Shown here: positions 15,001-24,953 of the stretch, piece by piece | Layout: each line of letters opens with the position of its first letter | Position numbering within the stretch: the stretch's first letter is position 1 | Origin: Balanoglossus misakiensis | Lineage: Eukaryota > Animalia > Hemichordata | Direction of reading: 5' to 3' | Assembly: GCA_040954595.2 (NCBI GenBank) | Contig: CM082597.2 | Span: 1,470,886 to 1,534,885, forward strand | Length of the DNA stretch: 64,000 nt | Position numbers and translations under genes: made by a program | The notes under the pieces: model-generated | Told to the model about the DNA's origin: nothing | Seen by the model: only the letters and a program-made list of their open reading frames with translations | Databases searched by the model: none

Positions 15001-18000
15001 TGTTCAAAAAGGCCGAAAATCTCGAAATCCGGCAACTCGAAAATTCGCGGTTTTTCGACAAAAACCATGATGGTTAACCCATGAAAAATGTTCAAAAAGG
15101 CCGAAAATCTCGAAATCCGGCAACTCGAAAATTCGCGGTTTTTCGACAAAAACCATGATGGTTAACCCATGAAAAATGTTCAAAAAGGCCGAAAATCTCG
15201 AAATCCGGCAACTCGAAAAATCGCGGTTTTTCGACAAAAACCATGATGGTTAACCCATGAAAAATGTTCAAAAAGGCCGAAAATCTCGAAATCCGGCAAC
15301 TCGAAAATTCGTGGTTTTTCGACAAAAACCATGATGGTTAACCCATGAAAAATGTTCAATCGGCCGAAAATCTCGAAATTCGGCAACTCGAAAATTCGCG
15401 GTTTTTCGACAAAAACCATGATGGTTAACCCATGAAAAATGTTCAAATCGGCCGAAAATCTCGAAATTCGGCAACTCGAAAATTCGCGGTTTTTCGACAA
15501 AAACCATGATGGTTAACCCATGAAAAATGTTCAAATCGGCCTAAAATCTCGAAATTCGGCAACTCGAAAATTCGCGGTTTTTCGACAAAAACCATGATGG
15601 TTAACCCATGAAAAATGTTCAAATCGGCCGAAAATCTCGAAATTCGGCAACTCGAAAATTCGCGGTTTTTCGACCCGAAAATCTCGAAATTCGGCAACTC
15701 GAAAATTCGCGGTTTTTCGACAAAAACCATGATGGTTAACCCATGAAAAATGTTCAAATCGGCCGAAAATCTCGAAATTCGGCAACTCGAAAATTCGCGG
15801 TTTTTCGACAAAAACCATGATGGTTAACCCATGAAAAATGTTCAAATCGGCCGAAAATCTCGAAATTCGGCAACTCGAAAATTCGCGGTTTTTCGACAAA
15901 AACCATGATGGTTAACCCATGAAAAATGTTCAAATCGGCCGAAAATCTCGAAATCCGGCAACTCGAAAATTCGCGGTTTTTCGACAAAAACCATGATGGT
16001 TAACCCATGAAAAATGTTCAAATCGGCCGAAAATCTCGAAATCCGGCAACTCGAAAAATCGCGGTTTTTCGACAAAAAACCATGATGGTTAACCCATGAA
16101 AAATGTTCAAATCGGCCGAAAATCTCGAAATCCGGCAACTCGAAAATTCGCGGTTTTTCGACAAAAACCATGATGGTTAACCCATGAAAAATGTTCAAAT
16201 CGGCCGAAAATCTCGAAATCCGGCAACTCGAAAATTCGCGGTTTTTCGACAAAAACCATGATGGTTAACCCAGGAAAAATGTTCAAAAAGGCCGAAAATC
16301 TCGAAATCCGGCAACTCGAAAATTCGCGGTTTTTCGACAAAAACCATGATGGTTAACCCATGAAAAATGTTCAAAAAGGCCGAAAATCTCGAAATCCGGC
16401 AACTCGAAAATTCGCGGTTTTTCGACAAAAACCATGATGGTTAACCCATGAAAAATGTTCAAAAAGGCCGAAAATCTCGAAATCCGGCAACTCGAAAATT
16501 CGCGGTTTTTCGACAAAAACCATGATGGTTAACCCATGAAAAATGTTCAAAAAGGCCGAAAATCTCGAAATTCGGCAACTCGAAAATTCGCGGTTTTTCG
16601 ACAAAAACCATGATTGTTAACCCATGAAAAATGTTCAAAAAGGCCGAAAATCTCGAAATCCGGCAACTCGAAAATTCGCGTTTTTTCGACAAAAACCATG
16701 ATGGTTAACCCATGAAAAATGTTCAAATCGGCCGAAAATCTCGAAATTCGGCAACTCGAAAATTCGCGGTTTTTCGACAAAAACCATGATGGTTAACCCA
16801 TGAAAAATGTTCAAAAAGGCCGAAAATCTCGAAATTCGGCAACTCGAAAATTCGCGGTTTTTCGACAAAAACCATGATGGTTAACCCATGAAAAATGTTC
16901 AAATCGGCCGAAAATCTCGAAATCCGGCAACTCGAAAATTCGCGGTTTTTCGACAAAAACCATGATGGTTAACCCATGAAAACTGTTCAAATCGGCTGAA
17001 AATCTCGAAATTCGGCAACTCGAAAATTCGCGGTTTTTCGACAAAAACCATGATGGTTAACCCATGAAAAATGTTCAAATCGGCCGAAAATCTCGAAATC
17101 CGGCAACTCGAAAAATCGCGGTTTTTCGACAAAAACCATGATGGTTAACCCATGAAAAATGTTCAAATCGGCCGAAAATCTCGAAATCCGGCAACTCGAA
17201 AATTCGCGGTTTTTCGACAAAAACCATGATGGTTAACCCATGAAAAATGTTCAAATCGGGCGAAAATCTCGAAATCCGGCAACTCGAAAATTCGCGGTTT
17301 TTCGACAAAAACCATGATGGTTAACCCATGAAAAATGTTCAAAAAGGCCGAAAATCTCGAAATCCGGCAACTCGAAAATTCGCGGTTTTTCGACAAAAAC
17401 CACGATGGTTAACCCATGAAAAATGTTCAAAAAGGCCGAAAATCTCGAAATCCGGCAACTCGAAAATTCGCGGTTTTTCGACAAAAACCATGATGGTTAA
17501 CCCATGAAAAATGTTCAAATCGGCCGAAAATCTCGAAATCCGGCAACTCGAAAAATCGCGGTTTTTCGACAAAAACCATGATGGTTAACCCATGAAAAAT
17601 GTTCAAATCGGCCGAAAATCTCGAAATCCGGCAACTCGAAAATTCGCGGTTTTTCGACAAAAACCATGATGGTTAACCCATGAAAAATGTTCAAATCGGC
17701 CGAAAATCTCGAAATCCGGCAACTCGAAAATTCGCGGTTTTTCGACAAAAACCATGATGGTTAACCCATGAAAAATGTTCAAAAAGGCCGAAAATCTCGA
17801 AATCCGGCAACTCGAAAATTCGCGGTTTTTCGACAAAAACCATGATGGTTAACCCATGAAAAATGTTCAAAAAGGCCGAAAATCTCGAAATCCGGCAACT
17901 CGAAAATTCGCGGTTTTTCGACAAAAACCATGATGGTTAACCCATGAAAAATGTTCAAAAAGGCCGAAAATCTCGAAATCCGGCAACTCGAAAATTCGCG

Positions 18001-21000
18001 GTTTTTCGACAAAAACCATGATGGTTAACCCATGAAAAATGTTCAAAAAGGCCGAAAATCTCGAAATTCGGCAACTCGAAAATTCGCGGTTTTTCGACAA
18101 AAACCATGATTGTTAACCCATGAAAAATGTTCAAAAAGGCCGAAAATCTCGAAATCCGGCAACTCGAAAATTCGCGGTTTTTCGACAAAAACCATGATGG
18201 TTAACCCATGAAAAATGTTCAAATCGGCCGAAAATCTCGAAATTCGGCAACTCGAAAATTCGCGGTTTTTCGACAAAAACCATGATGGTTAACCCATGAA
18301 AAATGTTCAAATCGGCCGAAAATCTCGAAATTCGGCAACTCGAAAATTCGCGGTTTTTCGACAAAAACCATGATGGTTAACCCATGAAAAATGTTCAAAT
18401 CGGCCGAAAATCTCGAAATTCGGCAACTCGAAAATTCGCGGTTTTTCGACAAAAACCATGATGGTTAACCCATGAAAACTGTTCAAATCGGCCGAAAATC
18501 TCGAAATTCGGCAACTCGAAAATTCGCGGTTTTTCGACAAAAACCATGATGGTTAACCCATGAAAAATGTTCAAATCGGCCGAAAATCTCGAAATCCGGC
18601 AACTCGAAAAATCGCGGTTTTTCGACAAAAACCATGATGGTTAACCCATGAAAAATGTTCAAATCGGCCGAAAATCTCGAAATCCGGCAACTCGAAAATT
18701 CGCGGTTTTTCGACAAAAACCATGATGGTTAACCCATGAAAAATGTTCAAATCGGCCGAAAATCTCGAAATCCGGCAACTCGAAAATTCGCGGTTTTTCG
18801 ACAAAAACCATGATGGTTAACCCATGAAAAATGTTCAAAAAGGCCGAAAATCTCGAAATCCGGCAACTCGAAAATTCGCGGTTTTTCGACAAAAACCACG
18901 ATGGTTAACCCATGAAAAATGTTCAAAAAGGCCGAAAATCTCGAAATCCGGCAACTCGAAAATTCGCGGTTTTTCGACAAAAACCATGATGGTTAACCCA
19001 TGAAAAATGTTCAAAAAGGCCGAAAATCTCGAAATCCGGCAACTCGAAAATTCGCGGTTTTTCGACAAAAACCATGATGGTTAACCCATGAAAAATGTTC
19101 AAAAAGGCCGAAAATCTCGAAATCCGGCAACTCGAAAATTCGCGGTTTTTCGACAAAAACCATGATGGTTAACCCATGAAAAATGTTCAAAAAGGCCGAA
19201 AAAATCTCGAAATTCGGCAACTCGAAAATTCGCGGTTTTTCGACAAAAACCATGATGGTTAACCCATGAAAAATGTTCAAATCGGCCGAAAATCTCGAAA
19301 TTCGGCAACTCGAAAATTCGCGGTTTTTCGACAAAAACCATGATGGTTAACCCATGAAAAATGTTCAAATCGGCCGAAAATCTCGAAATTCGGCAACTCG
19401 AAAAATCGCGGTTTTTCGACAAAAACCATGATGGTTAACCCATGAAAAATATTCAAATCGGCCGAAAATCTCGAAATTCGGCAACTCGAAAATTCGCGGT
19501 TTTTCGACAAAAACCATGATGGTTAACCCATGAAAAATGTTCAAAAAGGCCGAAAATCTCGAAATCCGGCAAGTCGAAAATTCGCGGTTTTTCGACAAAA
19601 ACCATGATGGTTAACCCATGAAAAATGTTCAAAAAGGCCGAAAATCTCGAAATCCGGCAAGTCGAAAATTCGTGGTTTTTCGACAAAAACCATGATGGTT
19701 AACCTATGAAAAATGTTCAAAAAGGCCGAAAATCTCACAATCCGGCAACTCGAAAATTCGTGGTTTTTCGACAAAAACCATGATGGTTAACCCATGAAAA
19801 ATGTTCAAAAAGGCCGAAAATCTCGAAATCCGGCAAGTCGAAAATTCGTGGTTTTTCGACAAAAACCATGATGGTTAACCCATGAAAAATGTTCAAAAAG
19901 GCCGAAAATCTCGAAATCCGGCAAGTCGAAAATTCGTGGTTTTTCGACAAAAACCATGATGGTTAACCCATGAAAAATGTTCAAAAAGGCCGAAAATCTC
20001 GAAATCCGGCAACTCGAAAATTCGCGGTTTTTCGACAAAAACCATGATGGTTAACCCATGAAAAATGTTCAAAAAGGCCGAAAATCTCGAAATCCGGCAA
20101 CTCGAAAATTCGCGGTTTTTCGACAAAAACCATGATGGTTAACCCATGAAAAATGTTCAAAAAGGCCGAAAATCTCGAAATCCGGCAACTCGAAAATTCG
20201 CGGTTTTTCGACAAAAACCATGATGGTTAACCCATGAAAAATGTTCAAAAAGGCCGAAAATCTCGAAATCCGGCAACTCGAAAATTGTCGGTTTTTCGAC
20301 AAAAACCATGATGGTTAACCCATGAAAAATGTTCAAAAAGGCCGAAAATCTCGAAATCCGGCAACTCGAAAATTCGCGGTTTTTCGACAAAAACCATGAT
20401 GGTTAACCCATGAAAAATGTTCAAAAAGGCCGAAAATCTCGAAATACGGCAACTCGAAAATTCGCGGTTTTTCGACAAAAACCATGATGGTTAACCCATG
20501 AAAAATGTTCAAAAAGGCCGAAAATCTCGAAATACGGCAACTCGAAAATTCGCGGTTTTTCGACAAAAACCATGATGGTTAACCCATGAAAAATGTTCAA
20601 AAAGGCCGAAAATCTCGAAATACGGCAACTCGAAAATTCGTGGTTTTTCGACAAAAACCATGATGGTTAACCCATGAAAAATGTTCAAAAAGGCCCAAAA
20701 TCTCGAAATTCGGCAACTCGAAAATTCGCGGTTTTTCGACAAAAACCATGATGGTTAACCCATGAAAAATGTTCAAAAAGGCCCAAAATCTCGAAATCCG
20801 GCAACTCGAAAATTCGCGGTTTTTCGACAAAAACCATGATGGTTAACCCATGAAAAATGTTCAAAAAGGCCGAAAATCTCGAAATCCGGTAACTCGAAAA
20901 TTCGTGGTTTTTCGACAAAAACCATGATGGTTAACCCATGAAAAATGTTCAAAAAGGCCGAAAATCTCGAAATTCGGCAACTCGAAAATTCGCGGTTTTT

Positions 21001-22340
21001 CGACAAAAACCATGATGGTTAACCCATGAAAAATGTTCAAAAAGGCCGAAAATCTCGAAATCCGGCAACTCGAAAATTCGCGGTTTTTCGACAAAAACCA
21101 TGATGGTTAACCCATGAAAAATGTTCAAAAAGGCCGAAAATCTCGAAATCCGGCAACTCGAAAATTCGTGGTTTTTCGACAAAAACCATGATGGTTAACC
21201 CATGAAAAATGTTCAAAAAAGCCGAAAATCTCGAAATTCGGCAACTCGAAAATTCGTGGTTTTTCGACAAAAACCATGATGGTTAACCCATGAAAAATGT
21301 TCAAAAGGCCGAAAATCTCGAAATCCGGCAACTCGAAAATTCGCGGTTTTTCGACAAAAACCATGATGGTTAACCCATGAAAAATGTTCAAAAAGGCCGA
21401 AAATCTCGAAATCCGGCAACTCGAAAATTCGCGGTTTTTCGACAAAAACCATGATGGTTAACCCATGAAAAATGTTCAAAAAGGCCGAAAATCGCGAAAT
21501 CCGGCAACTCGAAAATTCGCGGTTTTTCGACAAAAACCATGATGGTTAACCCATGAAAAATGTTCAAAAAGGCCGAAAATCGCGAAATCCGGCAACTCGA
21601 AAATTCGTGGTTTTTCGACAAAAACCATGATGGTTAACCAATGAAAAATGTTCAAAAAGGCCGAAAATCGCGAAATTCGGCAACTCGAAAATTCGCGGTT
21701 TTTCGACAAAAACCATGATGGTTAACCCATGAAAAATGTTCAAATCGGCCGAAAATCTCGAAATCCGGCAAGTCGAAAATTCGTGGTTTTTCGACAAAAA
21801 CCATGATGGTTAACCCATGAAAAATGTTCAAAAAGGCCGAAAATCTCGAAATCCGGCAAGTCGAAAGTTCGTGGTTTTTCGACAAAAACCATGATGGTTA
21901 ACCCATGAAAAATGTTCAAAAAGGCCGAAAATCTCGAAATCCGGCAAGTCGAAAATTCGTGGTTTTTCGACAAAAACCATGATGGTTAACCCATGAAAAA
22001 TGTTCAAAAAGGCCGAAAATCTCGAAATCCGGCAAGTCGAAAATTCGTGGTTTTTCGACAAAAACCATGATGGTTAACCCATTAAAAATGTTCAAAAAGG
22101 CCGAAAATCTCGAAATCCGGCAAGTCGAAAATTCGTGGTTTTTCGACAAAAACCATGATGGTTAACCCATGAAAAATGTTCAAAAAGGCCGAAAATCTCG
22201 AAATCCGGCAACTCGACAATTGGTCATTTTTTGAAAAAAATCATGATGTATAACCCATGAAAAATGTTCAAAAAGGCCCAAAATATCACAATTGTTAAAG
22301 TTATGAATTGGTCTATAACCCATGAAAAATGTTGAAAAAT
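1..22340. repeat. 88-bp tandem satellite array (~252 monomers; truncated by left window edge; last ~140 bp degenerate)
   Basis: Consensus TTCAAATCGGCCGAAAATCTCGAAATTCGGCAACTCGAAAATTCGCGGTTTTTCGACAAAAACCATGATGGTTAACCCATGAAAAATG repeats head-to-tail with no spacers. The ORF track steps by exactly 88 nt. Degenerate units at ~22200-22340. Confidence 0.99.
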
Positions 22341-22463
22341 CGGTATGAAAACCTTATCAATGCGGTATTTGATTTTTTTTACATATCCAATTACTTAAAG
22401 TAAATTATTGCTTTCCGTATCCGTATCGCCTTAAAAGTACTTACAGTTAGTTTGCGCTGGGTG

Positions 22464-22482
22464 TAGCGCCATCTCCGGCAAT
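22464..22482 (-). promoter_or_regulatory. CTCF/YY1-like motif (ATTGCCGGAGATGGCGCTA) ~125 bp from the satellite edge
   Basis: The 3' half AGATGGCGCTA matches the CTCF core. The 5' half has mismatches. Judged by eye, no PWM score. Confidence 0.3.
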
Positions 22483-22634
22483 ATGAAGTGAAACACATTT
22501 CCGTTCCAGAACTTTTCTGTGAAAATCATTAGTGTATCTCTAGAGAGGAGTGTACGTGTGTCTAGCGGAATTAAACAGTTTGGCGAAATTCGTTCGTAGC
22601 ATAACCACGTGACAGCCGGTCCCAGTATTGCAAG

Positions 22635-23960
22635 GTAAGAAATAGTCATTCTCTGGTTGAATTAGAAATTGACTCTTCTTCGATCAGTATGTTCGTCATT
22701 ACTCTGGCAGTGATGTTGTTGATATGGGTCACGTTATTGTTGATTTGATGGTGATTTGATTGTGATTTTACCAGTGAGATTGAGAATTTGTTTCTCGATG
22801 GTCTGAGCTGCCATTGACCTCTTCTCAAAAGTTGTATTGGTTCCAATTTTTCTTAGGTTGTTTTGTTTCAATTTGTTACCTACCTGTCAGAACAACCCTT
22901 GGAATCTTTCATTGAGTAAGGGTCTGAAATTTGGGGCTTCCGTCCAGATGATAAATTCTGAAAAGTGTCGGATTTGGGGTTTGGGGAACCAACATATATT
23001 TATATTGATGTACAGATCCGGTATAACTAGATATGAGTATCAATAAATAAGTCACATTTAAAATTTTATTTTATTTTATTTTATTTTTGAGTCATACATG
23101 CGTTGATAGAATATAGCTTAAAATATCTGTTTGTGTGAATAGGAGTCCAAGAATGACCTGTAGTGATGCCACAATTTTGTTTTAAAAACATATTTGAGCT
23201 GTATATATTTCTTATTACATTTTGTGTAAATATTGAATTAGTAGTTCCTTACCAACTCAGTGGCGGAGGCTTCTGACTGGATTTGTCGAGGTCGAATGAT
23301 TGGAACTATTTTGGGAAAATAATTGCGGATATGAAACGTGTAAACTCCTAGCACAGTACTCAAAGAACGTACCCGCTCTATTTGTCGTGAGATTTTTTTT
23401 AACTCTGAACTGAAAAGTACACCTGAATGTAGTTAGTGATAACAAAAACGAAGCTTGACGTGCCTGCAAATTGATTTTTTTTCATTCCAAATACCAAATC
23501 ATTCCAATTTTTGATCTGAATTATGTACAACGTACATCGTAAATCATGTACAACGAACATCGCTCGTGTCGATCGTACACATATTTTGTCATATGCATTT
23601 ATACCACAATAATTCCAAGCGTGTTCAGCTGCCGCTGAGGGTTATAAAGTTTGAATATACCTTACATTGTACGCACTTTTAGTAACTGTCATTCGTTAAA
23701 GCTCATTAGCCTGTCAACGCAACATTTATGTTTACAGTCAGAATTGTTATCCTGCAAAATTTAAATTCAAGTCCGGGCTAGAATTCATTTGTCAACAATA
23801 ACAATGGTAGTTATAGGCTATGTAGACAAGTGGGGTACTGGGTTTATTGTATACGCATGCTGTTTGGAGTAGAGCAAGAAATTGCTTTTGGTAGACAGAA
23901 GAAAAAATACTGCAAAGCCAAAAGTTACAATAAAATATCCCTTTAATTATATCGTTTCAG
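22635..23960 (+). other. Putative 5'-UTR intron of the glycosyltransferase gene
   Basis: Strong donor AAG|GTAAGA at 22634/22635. Acceptor ttatatcgtttcAG ends at 23960, 24 nt before the ATG at 23985. Pairing of the two sites is inferred. Confidence 0.5.
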
Positions 23961-23984
23961 CAACACGAATATAAAAAATCTGCA

Positions 23985-24953
23985 ATGAAGAAAACACATC
24001 TGACCGCTGGAATAGCAATTGTAAGCCTCATCACTGTGGCTTGTATTGTTAAGTTTCTATTACCAGAAAGAAGATTGGCGTTTCCTCCACAGAAAGAGTG
24101 GCACACGCGAAGTGAATGTAACATCGATAGTTTCCCCAACATAACTACACCAGCCCGAACAATCAACAACATACATGGTTACGTCATTCTACAGTTTCTC
24201 AACCGAGCATTTCTGAACATCACGAAAAGTTGGATTTGTAACGTACAATGTCTGGGTGTGTTGCCACAAGTGTTGTTTGTTACAAGTGACTTTGAATCTT
24301 ATATGCATCTCACAGAATGGGAGCCTTCTCTTAATGTTGCACTCCACGAATTTGGGGATGGGTTGAGCATGCGCTATGGACAAGTGGTTTACTACAAGTA
24401 CATGCTTCATCGCACACGAATTATTAACCGACTTCTGAGATGTGAGGGCACCAACGTATTTTTGACCGAATCAGATTCTCTTTGGCGGGAAAATCCGTTG
24501 AAGTACATCGACAACTTCCCAGATGCTGATATGGTCGTCATGCATAATGTGTGTGCCGACCAGATGCCATCTGGGAAGCTAAATGGTGGGTTTCTTTTTC
24601 TACGCGGTACATCGGGAACAAGGCGCGTTTGGGAAGAACTTGTGAAGAAAGTGGCGTCCGTTATTGACCCCTTAACAGTCAGCGAAAAAGATGTCCAACA
24701 CCTCGGTTCTGAGCAGCGGATGCTACGTGATCTCTTACACACGAACAGGTTAAACATAGGATGGCTGCCGATTCAACAGTTTACAAATGGATGCTGGTAT
24801 TTACGGGAAGAAGTGCGCGCGCAGACTGATCCCGTCGTCATTCTGAACAACTTTCTCAAAGGTACCGACGCAAAGGAAAAGCGCGCAAAGATCTGGGGTC
24901 ACTGGTTTTTATCTGCTGACGGAAGTCACTGCATTGCTAATGACATTTGCTGA
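23985..24953 (+). CDS. Nucleotide-diphospho-sugar transferase (PF03407 / CAZy GT77-like), type II Golgi membrane protein, 322 aa, intronless CDS
   Basis: N-terminal signal-anchor (LTAGIAIVSLITVACIVKFLL). Family-like motifs VLFVTSD, YYKYMLHRTRIINRLL, VFLTESDSLWRENPL (DxD position), LNGGFLFLR, SEQ, F.NG.WY and a C-terminal K..R.K..G.W. AATAAA at ~25063. Confidence 0.85.
   Translation: MKKTHLTAGIAIVSLITVACIVKFLLPERRLAFPPQKEWHTRSECNIDSFPNITTPARTINNIHGYVILQFLNRAFLNITKSWICNVQCLGVLPQVLFVTSDFESYMHLTEWEPSLNVALHEFGDGLSMRYGQVVYYKYMLHRTRIINRLLRCEGTNVFLTESDSLWRENPLKYIDNFPDADMVVMHNVCADQMPSGKLNGGFLFLRGTSGTRRVWEELVKKVASVIDPLTVSEKDVQHLGSEQRMLRDLLHTNRLNIGWLPIQQFTNGCWYLREEVRAQTDPVVILNNFLKGTDAKEKRAKIWGHWFLSADGSHCIANDIC

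Noticed and set aside
90-22149. ~240 overlapping 77-aa minus-strand ORFs (MSKNREFSSCRISRF...) as a tandem gene family
   Set aside because: 88 mod 3 = 1, so a reading frame walks through all three phases of the monomer until it meets the two clustered stops. The starts are TTG, each base lies in about three overlapping ORFs, and variants show no codon-position bias. This is an arithmetic artefact.
1-22340. CRISPR array or msDNA/retron-like repeat
   Set aside because: No unique spacers (the whole 88 bp repeats), no cas or RT genes, and the context is a spliceosomal eukaryote.
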